Part shown: one piece after another, positions 1 through 13,119 of the stretch
Position numbering within the stretch: position 1 is the first letter of the stretch
Layout of the letters: every line of letters starts with the position of its first letter
From: Azolla caroliniana
Lineage: Eukaryota > Plantae > Polypodiophyta
Direction: 5' to 3'
Length of the DNA stretch: 64,000 nucleotides
Assembly: GCA_043228905.1 (NCBI GenBank)
Contig: JBHGNT010000004.1
Coordinates: 7,750,001-7,814,000, forward strand
Translations under genes and position numbers: made by a program
Notes under the pieces: generated by a model
Told to the model about the DNA's origin: nothing
Databases searched by the model: none
The model's input: only the letters and a program-made list of their open reading frames with translations

Positions 1-3000
1 AAATTGAACCAACTTTGCCCCATCAGTTCGTCCTTGAGTTCTCCAGAAATAGATCGTTGTCCCATGATATCTGATCCAAATGCCCTTCTATAGGCCAACA
101 CATTGTCGTCGGTGTGATCTCCCTTGACTTGGTGTCAATAATCATATCCTTTCCATTTTTTACTATCAGCCTAATCGACCTTTCTCTTTGATAGGCTGGT
201 TGCTCATCTCTTGCCATTTCATGCTCTAGTTTGTAGTAGCATGCCTCATTTGGCTCTGCTTTCATTCCCTTAATGCCAATTAAACAATTCTAGGCATCTA
301 TAAGTCCCGTCCACGCAATTTCAGAGGTAGTTATTGTTGGGAAATAGGTCCCTCCGGATAGGAAGAGAAGAACCGATTTGGTGAGTAACTCGGCCGAGGC
401 CGAAACCGAAACCGAAATTGAAATCGTTTCGGGAGACTATAATTGTAAATAGTCTAAAATGCCTCTTGGGGGCTATACTTGTAAATAGCCAGAAAGTTGC
501 TTTTGTTTATAAGCAACTAGGGAAACTTTAGTATTGTGTAGTTGATCATTATCGTAAAAGTTAGAACAAGGTAGTTGCCTCTATAACTGTGAGTGAGTGA
601 ATGAGAGTGTAACTTTGTAGTCGTCTGTCAAACGAAGGAGAACTTGAGGTCGTTGCCTCGAGTTCCATATTTGTACTTCCTCTCTACCATAGTGATCTGT
701 TTTTCTCAGGGTTTGTGGACCCCCGTGGTTTTTTCCATTTCGGGGTTTCCACGTAAAATATTGGTGTCTCTGTGTCTTCACGTTTTTCTGTCTATGTACT
801 AGTTTTTGGTTTCTGCACACGAATACGAACGTGTAACCGGTTGTGGCCGGTTGATTCCTAACAATTATTTCTTCCTCTTCCAAGGTATGTTGGTAGCATG
901 CAATGGCATATGTAATTCTCTTGAGCATGCCTTTACCCCTACTTATTCTCCATATTCTAGCCGTTTGAGTGCCCACCTCATTGGACAAAAACCTCTCCCA
1001 CTCCACTAATGCATTCCCTTGGGCATTGATTAACTCGGCCTATTTGAAGCCTGCTTTTTGTCCTATCATCAGCCCATCCACATCTCTAATCAATGGGTTC
1101 CACACAATTGGCATGTACATACATGCATATGCATCATTTCTCCACCTACCTGTGATCCCCTTTCTGATTTTTTGCCATGCTTTCATAATTCCAACAACAC
1201 AGAGACTCTGCATACTTCCCCAATATTTGGGTCTCATTTTTGGCACAAAACCCCAAAAAGGGTTGCTTGGCCAAAACAACAAAGATCTATTGATAATGAA
1301 TGATCACACTACATGAATGGAAAAGAAAACACCACAAGAAGTAGACTCAGATTAAAACTCCCAACCTTACTCTCCTTCCCTTATTACAAAGGTATCACTT
1401 CATCTATCTCCCCTTCTATACTCCTCTTCTCACTTCTTATAATCTTCTTCTTCTCTTTTTGACGCTTTTTTTAGAAGTTTTTTATCTCCTATTTTTAGCT
1501 ATGACACATCGACCTTCTAATTGTCGTATCTCCCTCGTCTGAGCTCCAAATTTAGAGATCTAAAGTTCTAAAGATAGCTGACTTCACAAGATTTCTAACC
1601 CATATTTGCACATTATATTTGGGTTTCAAACGAAAGAGTTATGATCATTCATTTAAGAGTGTGTTTTGGTGGCCCGCTTTTTTCTTCTTTTACTTTTCTC
1701 CATGTTTCTTGCTTTTAGTTTGACTTATCCTCAAAACCTTGGTTCGTGTTCTTGACCTCCGGATATGAATGCTCCATACCTTCCTTATATTCTTGTAATG
1801 TTCAATACCTTGAATTCTAAAAACACTTTCACACCTAGCAAGGCCTTCGTTTGCACCACGGGATCTATCAATCCCACCCCCCCTCCACTTTTCCTTTTTA
1901 TAAGTGTGGTCCAAGAATCCTTTGCACAAGCCTGTTTTTCCTCCGTGCCCCCCCATAAGAAATTTCTGATAATCCTTTTTATCAATTTCATCAACTTGGG
2001 CACGATTATCCAACATGCAGTAGTATGCCATGTAGTGGCCATTAGAATCTGATTTGCAATCACAATCTTGCCTGGAAAGGATAGTTTTCTTGCATTCCGC
2101 CATATTAGCTTCGCTTTTATTTTGTCCACTAGTAGATTATAGTGTTTAGCTTGATCGATGTCCATACCATTTTTGAAGCCCAAGTATCTAGTAGCTTCGC
2201 CTCTCCTCAACCATTTGAAATTAGGGTCAAGGGCCCAATTTAACTCGGGCTTATTACTGATCCAAATGGCCACTGATTTATTCCAATTTATTTTAGCATC
2301 CAATCCTGCACAAAACTCATCAATTGCCTTTTGCAATTTGCCCAAGTTGTTTGCATCACCCTTGACATAGGTCGTTGTGTCATAAGCATATGTTGTATGA
2401 AGGACCATACCTACATCATCGGGCAAGGTAAGGCCTTGTATTTGCCAAGATCTATCAACAATTTGATCATGCAAAGATTCTGTTGCAATTATGTATAAGT
2501 ACGGGGCCAATGGGCATCCTTGGCGTACCGAACGTAGCATCTTAAAGCTCTTCCCCATACTTCCAGCCATTAGAACCTGGCTGGATGCTCCTCTGTAAAA
2601 GGCACCCATTCCAAGGATCCATTGTTGTTCAAAGCCTAGGGTTGCCATCATTTCTTCTAGGAATTCCCATGAAATCCTGCCATATGCTTTTTCGAAGTCG
2701 AGTAGCATTACTGCCAGGTTCATTTCTTGCACCTCCGCCCATGCTGAGTATTCCCAAAATGTTATCACATTGTCAACAATGCTCCGGTTTTCCAGGAAGC
2801 CAGTTTGCGTTGTATGTATAATGTCCCTACGTACCATTTTCAATCTCTTACTTACAACTCTGGCCATTATCTTATAAGCATTGGTGAGAATCATCAATGG
2901 TCGCCAATTATCAAGCGTTTTAGGTCTTGTCCATCCTTGGGTATTAAATAAATTATTCCTCTACACATTGTTGTGGGCATAAATCCTTCTACCATAATAT

Positions 3001-3520
3001 ATTGCATCCCTGCCAACATGTCATCCTTAATTAGATCCCAATATTTGATGTAAAAGTATATAGGAAGTCCATCAATTCCCACACAACTTTGTTTGTTCAT
3101 ATCCCCAATAGCATCCCACAATTCATTCATACCTATAGAGGTATTTAGTCGGTCCATCATCTGAGCCGTAACTTTCCTTGGTATCCTATTTATTATATTT
3201 CTAAAGGAAACCTGATCAATCAGTTCCTCATTGCATACATTTAGTAGTTGAGTATAATAGCTTGTGGCTATTTCAAGCATCTCCTCTTTGCATGTGGTCA
3301 TTGTGCCATCTGTATTTTTGAAACATGAAGGTTGAATCCCAGATCCTTTGCATTTGACAGCGTCAAAAAACCCTTTAGTAACCCAGTCTCCTACCCTCAT
3401 CAAGCTTGTTGCCTTACTTCGATAGACATAGGTACTCCTAAGTTTCTGGTACATCTCTAATTTGCCTTTGGCCTCAATCTCCTTTAATTTCAAGTATTTA
3501 TTGTGCAAGTACTCCACATA
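1..3520 (-). mobile_element. Decayed L1/Tx1-like LINE ORF2 (RT and C-terminal region), interrupted by insertions
   Basis: ORFs 2894..3556 and 1785..2897 carry LINE RT motifs (GIDGLP, LLDFEKAY, RSVRQGCPLAPYLY, RYLG, GGGVGLID), split by a frameshift. ORFs 1040..1282 (KAWQKIRK..PIVWNPLI) and 23..265 resemble the post-RT region of plant L1 ORF2. Confidence 0.85.
335..863 (+). mobile_element. Solo LTR (Copia-type) inserted in the LINE
   Basis: TGTTGG...CTAACA termini and a near-perfect 5-bp TSD (GTTAT 330-334 / ATTAT 864-868). Its 5' end and CCCGTGGTTTT...GGGTTTCCA motif resemble the LTR at 13120-13801. Confidence 0.75.
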
Positions 3521-4192
3521 TATGTGAATGAACAATAAAAATAATGTTGGAATCAATGAGGAGATGACAATTGTGGATTATATTTGTACATACAAGAAAG
3601 TCGACAATGTTCATGTTGTTTTTTGCAAAGTGGGTAATAAGGATTCACACATTTTGATATGTTCATATTTGTTATTAGTGTTTGATCATTTGGGATTAGT
3701 TCGTGAAAATTCATTTATGACTTAAGATGATAAAAGTTTGAAAATGAGAGCAATTGAGGGAAGAAAAAGAAAAGCAAGAAAGCAACAAGAAGGAAAAATA
3801 AATAACCACGGTCCCATAGTTCCTAATATTCGCGTACGTCCAATTTACTGGATGTACGCGAACGTTTGCAAATGTACGTGTATGATACACGATATTCGTT
3901 TGGCTTCGTTTTTTTTTGGGTTTTTAAAATTTTTTATATTCATAATTCTTTGTGAATAGAAGTGACGTTTGACACACACAATCTCTATCTCTCACACACA
4001 CACGAGAATTGACAGATATTCTCTCTCTACAAAATCTAGATATTTAATATACATATTACACACTCCCTCACACAGACAAAACCCATAGCTCCTCTCTCTC
4101 TCTCTCTAGAGTCTAGATATATACTCAACCACTGTCTCCTCACACATGCAAAACAAGGCTTCTCTCTCTAGATCACACACACACTCTCTCTC

Positions 4193-4231
4193 TCTCATAG
4201 GTCATATTTGACCTCCGAAGACGATAATATA

Positions 4232-4291
<60 letters not shown>

Positions 4292-4305
4292 CTCTCTCTC
4301 TCTCT
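4193..4305 (+). repeat. Extra copy of the LINE 3' terminus (~43 bp) plus (TATC)n(TC)n tail
   Basis: TCTCATAGGTCATATTTGACCTCCGAAGACGATAATATAATC is identical to 5867-5908, followed by the same microsatellites. Confidence 0.9.
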
Positions 4306-5926
4306 TTGTTGCTTTGTAGACTTCAAGAAAGCTTTTGATATGGTACCTCGTGAGCATCTTTGGAGGCGAATGAAAGAACTTGAGGTGCCAAGTGAATATA
4401 TGCTTGCAATTTCCCGAATTTATGAGAAGGTTATATGTTGTGTGCGCATGAGAGAAAAACTTTCAGCTTTTTTCAAAAGCACTATTGGTGTTAAGCAAGG
4501 ATGCCCACTCTCACCAACACTATTTGGTCTATGCATTGATGAATTGGAAGAAATGGTTACCAAGTTTGCAAAGGAAGAATGTGTTGAAGAAGTTGCCATT
4601 GGGAATGTTGTGATTATGCGTTTGCTATATGTAGATGATGTAGTGCTTTTTGCAAATACTTTAGGAGATGCACAAAAGCTTATGAAGGCATTGGAAACTT
4701 TTTGCATGCATACTAAATTAAGTGTCAATAGCTCTAAAACAAGGATTATTCTTGTGAAGAGCCAAAAAAGAGATAAACCATGCATTATGTACAACAATGA
4801 GCCACTTGAATGTGTGGAAAGCTTCAAATATCTTGGCCTTAAAGTTCCTTCAAATCATAGATGGAATGAATGTGCTACACGCCGCTTAGAGGCGGGCAAA
4901 CGAGCATACTATGCATTTGAGAACACATGCAATCTTGGAGATAGTAAGTGTTGGGTCCTCAAGAAATATCTTTTCGACACTTTGGTGACACCGGTTCTTC
5001 TCTACGGGGTGGAAGTATGGGGCGGTAGCATCCCTAAATCTATGTGGAAAGAGTTTGAAAATGTCCAAAAGCATTTTCTTACCAAGTTTCTACAAGTTAA
5101 GAAACAAACGCCCTACACCCTCCTCCTCCTTGAGACGGGATTGCTTCCCATTGAGATCATGGCCATGGAAAGGGTTGTTGAATACATGCTTAAGGTTCAA
5201 AAAAGTCCCTCACATCGACTTCCTAGAATTGCATGGGAAGCAAGCAAAAAGATCCAAAAGACGCATAAAAGCAAAATTTTGTGTTCCGGTTGGATGCAAG
5301 ATATAGAAAAATGGTTTGGTAGATGGGATGCGAGACACTTGCTTCATGATGCCTCATTAGATTCCTCTATAAATGAGGCATTTTTGCAACGCCAATGTAT
5401 CATGACATGGGACAAATGTGGAGGCTCACGCTTCACACATTATACTACACATGTTGCACCTAACTACAAAACCATATTCTTTGCGGAACGGGGAAATCGT
5501 ACACATCCATACATGTTAGAGCCCATATCGTTATCTGCCATTCGAACCATTGCTTCCATGCGACTTAGCTCACATGCATTGCGATGTGAAACAGGGCGTT
5601 GGGGTACAAGTGATGAGAGTGGTCGGCTATGCACACTTTGCCCTAAACAAGTTCGCGAGTTTGATTATCACACTTTGATGCAATGCTCTGCCTTTGATCA
5701 TATTCGACCATGCTTTCCACATCTCTTCGATCAAGCCAATCTTTGCATGAATTCCTCTCACAACCACAATGTGCACTCTCGATTGCAACATTCATTGGTA
5801 AAGTTCTTGAACATCGAGAGTCACTACTCACTTTCACATGTATCACGTGAAATGTAATATTTTTGGTCTCATAGGTCATATTTGACCTCCGAAGACGATA
5901 ATATAATCTATCTATCTATCTATCTA

Positions 5927-5932
<6 letters not shown>
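4306..5932 (+). mobile_element. 5'-truncated RTE-superclade (RTEX-like) LINE with (TATC)n tail
   Basis: ORF 4208..5857 has FVDFKKAFD, GVKQGCPLSP, LLYVDD, FKYLG and a C-terminal RLSSHALRCETGRW..CxxC..H....C zinc finger. The 3' end has stem-loop AGGTCA-TATT-TGACCT followed by (TATC)n. Confidence 0.85.
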
Positions 5933-5998
<66 letters not shown>

Positions 5999-6411
5999 TG
6001 TACACCATATGTATATATCTATGTACCGCGTATGGATTTCAATCATACTTAGAGCCTTTTCACGTATGAGTATGATACGAATATAGGCGTTTGAGTATGA
6101 CACGAATAGGACGTATGGCTAGAACTATGCACGGTCCACAAACAAGGAAGCATATAGAGGTGGGTGCTATCTTAACTCGAACTAGAATGAGAGAGGAGAG
6201 ATAATTGGTAGAAGCCATTAAAGAGAAGAAATATTTCAACTCATGAAAGAAACCATTCATGGGAGGCTAGAAAGGGATTTGTACAATATATGTGCAACAC
6301 TTTTTCTTTTTTTTCCAAAAAAACACTACTTCGCATTAGTTAGCAAATATGTGCAACACTTTTTAGGGGAATGATATCCATTGGAGATTGAGTGTTTGGA
6401 AAAGGCATCTT

Positions 6412-9400
6412 TGTTGAGAGACAAGCTCAACATTTGTACGTAATACGATGCGTAACCCAGTGCGTAAACTAGGTGTGTAAATTGGTACGCATAACATGGT
6501 CGTATCGGTGTGAAAACCGTGAGGCCGTTGGGAAGATATTCCTCGTAAGGAATAAATTTGGGAGTTAGTGTAGTAGGCTCACTTATGAGTGGTCAAGTAC
6601 TATCAGTACTTGTGTCGGCCCTATTGTCAGGGCTTGTATAAAAGGTGCTCACTGAGCACGGTGCATGTACAGATTGAGTATTATTTTGAATTGAGTTTCT
6701 ATGTGTTCTCTCTCTCTATCTCTCCCGCGAACTATGTATATTCAAGCCCTCCATTAAACCTGCGTATTTTCTATGTTCAGTTTTCTATTGCTTCCGCACA
6801 TAAGCTTTTTCATGGTATCAAAGCGCGAGGGTTGAGAACCTCTGCAGCCGACATAGCTTGAAAAGAAAACTAACCAAGAAGAACAGGAAAAACAAAATGG
6901 ATAGAGGCATGGCTAGCTCGCTTCCTACCGAGAAGCTCGACAGAAACAACTATGCATCTTGGTCCTACAAGATGCACCAGTACCTGCTCGGGCACGGTTA
7001 CTGGAGCTATGTCGACGGAGCAAATGACACAGCACCCAAATCGACACAAAGAGAATTCCCGGCGTGGGAACAGTCGGCGAGCAGAGTATTGTATTGCTTC
7101 ACGTTTTGTGTGAGCAAACAGCTCCTAAGCTATATATCGGGATGCGAAAACGCCAAAGGATGCTTGGGGAAATCTGAAGAAGATCTTCGCCGCAAGCACC
7201 ACAGCCAAGAAGCTTCAACTCCGACAGGAGCTGAGCAATTTACGACAACGCGACTTGTCGGTGGCTGATTACACCTTCAAGATCAAAGAGATATGCGACT
7301 CCTTAGCCTCTATCGATGTGAACGTCGAGGAAGGTGAGATGGTACAAATCTGTCTCGGGGGACTGGCGTCGAAGTTCGGAGTGTTCCGAACTATTGTATG
7401 TACACGAGAGAATATGTCGTTGTTTTTCGACTTACAGTCGATGCTCCTTATAGAGGAGAACCATGCGGGTGCGTCGAAAGCACGCATGCCGACAACAAGA
7501 TGTTGTACATGGAGGGAGATAGGCCCCGTGGTCGTGGTGGATGAGGCGAGTCGGTGCGCAATGGAAGCGGCCCACAGGATCAAGGAAGAAGGCACCAAAG
7601 TGATGCCAACAGCAATTCCGAACCCTCCGGAAACAGGGGGAGTCGAGGCGACAGGAACTGGCAAGGGAAATCTGTCGCGGAATGATGGTATTGTGGCAAA
7701 AAAGGCCACAAGGAGAGCGAGTGCTGGAAGAAGCATGCCGATTTGGAGAGGATCAGATCCGGATTAGGTTCCGAACAGACTGACAAGGAAATCGGTAGCG
7801 ATCGCACTACACCGAAGGATCTGGAAAAGCCGGAAAAGGGTCAGTCTTCGTGACGAGACACTCGATGAAGAAGATCACCCCGAATTCAAACAAGGTGTGG
7901 TACGTCGACTCTGGCGCGTCAAACCACATGACGTGCCACAAGGAGTGGTTCTCATACCTAGAAAAACCGATGCAACCGGGAGTAGTCGCAACCAGAGACG
8001 ACACTCTGCATCCGATCGTGAATGTCGGTGAAGTTCCCTTGAGCCATGTCGGGCAGAAAGGGAAACTTATGAATGTGTTACACGTCCCAACAATCATAAA
8101 GAATCTGGTGTCGGTCGGGCAGATCGTCGACCAGGGGATGCAAGTCTGGTTCACACATCTTGGGTGCTTCATTGAGGAAGAAGGCCGAGTTATTGCGCAA
8201 GGGCGCAGAGACGGGAGGATGTTTAACCTCGACTCTAGTGACGGTGGCACCACAATGTTCACGAAAGGACAAAAAGTCAAGTCGGATATCCACTTATGGC
8301 ACAAGCAGATAGGCCACGTCAACTATGAATGGCTTTAGGACCTGCAATCGAAACAGGTGGTGTTTGGATTGCCCAAATTTAGTGGCCGGAAGGCACGAAT
8401 TTGTGAAGCCTGCCAACTAGGGAAGCAACACCGACTTCCTTTCCCTAACGAGCATAATCGGAGCCGGAACAAGCTCGACTTGATACATTTCGATGTATGG
8501 GGGCCGACACAGAATGTTAGTCTTGGCGGGAGTCGCTATTTTGTCTCCTTCATCGACGACTATACGCGGCACACGTGGATCTACCTCATCGAGAAGAAGA
8601 GTGAAGTCTTCGACTGTTTCCGGGACCTCAAAGGGTTCGTGGAAACAGAAATAGGACGAAAGATCAAGTGCTTGCGGTCGGATGGCGGAAAAGAGTACTT
8701 TTTTGGTCAATTCAACGTCTATCTACAACATATGGGAATTCGGCACCAATTCAGTTGTAGATACACACCAGAGCAAAACGGCGTGGCCGAAAGGAAGAAC
8801 CGGTCAATTGTAGAAGCGGCACATGCAATGCTGGAGGAGAAGAGCTTGCCCAAGTTCTATTGGGCCGAGGCGATACGAACCGCAGTGTACATTCAGAATT
8901 GGATCGGAGAAAAAGTGTTGGCGCATGAGCTGTATTTCAGAAGGAAGCCGAATCTGCGACACTTGAGAGTTTTCGGTAGCATTGTGTATGTGCATGTGCC
9001 GAAGGAGAAACGGAGGAAGTTGGACGCGAAAGCTGAGAAGTGTATCTTGGTCGGCTATTCGGACGAGCAGAAGGGTTATAAGTGTTATAACCCTCGCACC
9101 AAACAAGCGCACGTGAGCCGCGACGTTGTGTTTGACGAGTTCGCGTCCTGGTACTTGCCTCCGACTCCGGACCTCACCTCTAATCCGAGTTCTGATGATG
9201 AGGTCAGTGAAGCCGAGATGCCTCCGGATGAGCTTGAAATAGGGACCCGCGAAGAGAGTCCGATTTCGTTTCGGTTAAGCGAGCCGTATGGACGACTGAG
9301 TCAGTTCGACCGGTCCGATGAAGAGCCGGTGAGTAGTGGAGACTCGACGTGGATTCCCCGCGCAGGAAGCCGAGGAGACGGCTTACGCGCAAGGAAAAAG

Positions 9401-12110
9401 GGAAGAAGAAGGTGTCGGATTACGGCTCGGATAAGAACGAGTCGAATCTACGCGAGTCCGACTCCGAGGGAAGTGATGATGGGTCTTCGAGGGCGAAGTC
9501 CGTGTCGGCTAAGATAGCCTCAACATCGGCTAATGAGCAATTGCGCCGATCTACCGGCTAGAAGAACCCTGTTGTGTGGTTCGGACACAATGAGTACATG
9601 GCGCATCACTATGCGTACATGACCCATGTAGCGGAAGTGCGTGAGCCGGAGAGCTACGCAGAAGCGGCGAAGGACGCAAATTGGTGCGCCACAATGGAGA
9701 AAGAGATGTGTGCATTAGCGGAGAATGAAACCTAGAACCTGGTTGACGCACCGAAAGATGTGAAGCCGATAAGATGTAGGTGGGTGTACAAGGTCAAGTA
9801 CAACACTAACGGCTCGGTAAACCGATACAAGGCCCGGTTAGTAGCGAAAGGCTACGCACAGAAACACGGCATCGACTACAATGAGACGTTTGCGCTGGTC
9901 GCGAAGATGATGATCTTCCGTGTTTTGCTTGCAGTAGATGCGGCAAAGGGGTGGCACTTACATCAGATGGATATAAAGAATGTGTTCCTGCAAGGTGAGC
10001 TTGAGGAACATGTGTACATGGTACAGCCCCCCGGATTTCACTCCGGAACGAACACTTCGGTGGTGTGCCGATTGAAGAAGTCCCTTTACGGACTAAAGCA
10101 AGCCCCGCGTGCCTGGAACGTGAAGATCATGCAACGATTGCATCGATTGGCCTTTGCGATGTCAGAATCGGACACCTCACTAATCATCCAGAAAGGTAGA
10201 CTCGGGCCAGTTAGCATTTTACTTTATGTTGATGACTTGGTCATCACCGGTGTCGACCTAGGTGAGATTGACCACGTGAAACTCTAGCTTGTGACATCAT
10301 TCGACATGAAGGATCTGGGGGACCTTCATTACTTCCTTGGGATCGAAGTGATCCGCACCCTGAAGGCATACTAATCAGCCAACAACATTACGTGTTGAGT
10401 ATGCTCTTCAAATTCAGGATGGCCGATTGTAAGTCCGTCTCGACTCCTCTAGATAGAACCGTCAAGCTTCGCCCCGATTCCGGAAAGGTATGCAACCCGA
10501 CGAAGTTCCAACAGATAGTCGGAAGGCTTATATACTTGACCATCACCCGACCAGATCTCAGCTACCCAGTCGGGGTGATTAGTCAATTCATGGCGCAACT
10601 AACCGAGCAGCACCTTCAGTGTGCACAACGCGTACTCCGGTACGTCAGTGGCACTAAGGACCGAGGGCTAATATATCGGACCGATACGACCGCGCAATTG
10701 GTCAGTTACACCGATGTTGATTGGGCCGGAAACGCCAGCGATCACCGATCCACGTATGGTTTCGCGTTCTCTCTTGGGAGTGCCACAATCGCATGGAGTA
10801 GCAAGAAGCAGCCGACAGTTGTGTTGTCAAGCACCAAAGCCGAGTATAGAGGAGCGGTTGTCACGACATGCGAAGCCATATGGTTGAAACGACTACTTAA
10901 GGATCTGCAGGTGGAGGTATCTGATCCAACGACAATCTACTGTGACAACCTCAGTACCATCCAGCTAGCTAAGAACCCCGTCTTCCACTCCCAGACTAAG
11001 CACATTGAGGTGCACTACCATTTCGTTCGTGACCGTGTCCTCTTCGGTGAAGTCGAACTTCAGTATGTTCCGGCGGATCGGCAGAACGTCGACAGCTTCA
11101 CTAAGCCTCTTGATCTAGACAAGTTGCGGCAATTCTCGGGTGCGCTTGGGTTGCGTCACCTCGACGTGCCAAACTTGAGGGGGAGAGACGTCCATGATGA
11201 CCACGAAAGGGAGCAGGAAAGGAGCGGAAAAGACCATGACGCCAAGTCGGATGACGAATTCAATTTCGGATCGGTTGAAGAAGCCGAGGGCAGATCCACG
11301 GAAGAGTCCGAAAGCAGACATAAGGGGAGCAGTTGAAAGAAAGAGCCGAAACCAACCAAGCGTGGGGGAGACGAAGCCATCAAGGGCGAGAAGACCGAAG
11401 ATGAGTTGGAGACAGCCAACTCGGACGAGAGCGAAAACCAATCGGAGGAAGCCGAGTCGGTTCGGATGTTTGATTCGGATACACTGAATCAACCAAGGGG
11501 CCAAGCGGAAGAGAAGGCAGTAGAAGAGGCGCCAACAACGCAACAGCAAGGAAGCTGAGAAGCGCCGTGTAAGCAGACAAGCCGACCGGAAGGGTCGAGG
11601 CACGTGGAATCGAACGGGTCGAGGAGCGCGAGCGAGGCATGAAGCCAGAAGGAACCAGAGCGTAGATCCGGCGGAGCAGGTGGAAACTCAAGTTGAGCTT
11701 GAGGGGGAGTGTTGAGAGACAAGCTCAACATTCGTGCGTAATACGATATGTAACCTAGTGCGTAGACTGGGTGCATAAATTGGTACGCATAACCTGGCTG
11801 TATCGGTGTGAAAACCGTGAGGCCGTTGGGAAGATATTCCTTGTAAGGAATAATTTTGGGAGTTAGTGTAATAGGCTCATTTATGAGTGGTCAAGTATTG
11901 TCAGTACTTGTGTCAGCCCTATTGTCAGGGCTTGTATAAAAGGTGCTCATTGAGCACGGTGTATGTACAGATTGAGTATTATTTTGAATTGAGTTTCTAT
12001 GTGTTCTCTCTCTCTGTCTCTCTCGCATACTGTGTATATTCAAGCTCTCCATTAAACCTGCGTATTTTCTGTGTTCAGTTTTCTATTGCTTCCGCACATA
12101 ATCTTTTTCA
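6412..12110 (+). mobile_element. Full-length but decayed Ty1/Copia LTR retrotransposon
   Basis: 401-bp LTRs at 6412-6812 and 11710-12110 (TG..CA). PBS TGGTATCAAAGC (iMet) 6813-6824 and PPT GAGGGGGAG 11701-11709. Flanks share (A)TCTT. Order gag (6898..), PR (WYVDSGASNHMT), INT, RT (LYVDD), RNase H, with stops and frameshifts. Confidence 0.95.
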
Positions 12111-13119
12111 TCTTTTAACCCACAAAAGAAAATTACTTGGAAATAATCATGTATGAAAAAGGAAATATAAGAAATATGCATCCCACGTTTATACATATAT
12201 ATAAGTTATACCCCTCATTATCCTAAACAAGATCATTCTCTTTGTTGAAAGAATGTGTGCTAATCTTTACCTTGTCCTTTGTTTTGTTAATCCATTCATC
12301 GGTTAAACTTTCCATGAAACAATATGAAACCCATAAGTACATAACATATACGATTCCATTCTTATAATATCATTGCGTACTCATTGTTGCATGAATCAAC
12401 TTTAATATAGAAAATTTGACAAATGATTCAGAATTTAACTTGCAATAAACTCATCAATGAATATATGATCATTTGTTAATTTGTAGGTGTGTTTGAGTAT
12501 ATTACTTATTAGGATATATGGAGTCAATGCTTTGCTATTATGCTTTAACATATCATGTTAAGTGTCATAGACATCGGGAGAATTAGTGAATGTGAATAAA
12601 CCATGTGGAGATCTTAGGGCACTTTCCTATGAGTGAATACAAGAGGTGAGCAACAAGGCAAAAGTAAGCAAGAGTTTAAGGGACATAATGCAAGAAAGGC
12701 AGTGATTAAATCTAAATATAAGTGTTAATTTTCTTAAGATCAATGAGGTGAAAGCAACCCCTTTTTTATACATTTTAGCACGCATTGCATGACGAAGCAT
12801 GTTACTTACAACCATACATTTGTCAAGACATCATAACCTTTTATCCCTTACATTAGCTAAGCCCTCAAATTCATCTAATACCTTGATTGTTGTAAGTGGT
12901 TATGTCGTTTCCGTGGGCCACGTGGAAGCACTTATATAAATCGATGGAGTTTTGACTCTCATTCATGTCGTTAGTCTTGAGTTTGGACTGGCGTATACCC
13001 TCTTGGTGGGGAATCGGGCCGAAAGTGGTTATCAAGCACCTCCGAGCTACTACCTTGCTTAGCTTTACTAAGTAGTACTTAATGTCTCTCTCCTGCTTTA
13101 CTCTCTCTTAAACATAGAC

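Larger units (their letters stand above)
3815..6129. mobile_element. Non-autonomous hAT-type DNA transposon (MITE-like) containing a LINE insertion
   Basis: Terminal inverted repeats CATAGTTC / GAACTATG, a perfect 8-bp TSD CACGGTCC (3807-3814 and 6130-6137), and subterminal CGTA/TACG-rich motifs including a hairpin at 3829-3862. Confidence 0.85.

Noticed and set aside
1291-1833. Possible second solo LTR interrupting the LINE
   Set aside because: It looks like an insertion (TG..CA possible), but the TSD match is poor (TCTAT/CCTAG) and the boundaries are unsupported.
4208-4305. N-terminal (IYLS)n repeat in the 549-aa ORF
   Set aside because: It is a translation of the (TATC)n tail of the upstream LINE end, not real protein.
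6589-6861. Similar ~90-aa ORFs at 6589 and 11887
   Set aside because: Incidental ORFs within the paired LTRs.
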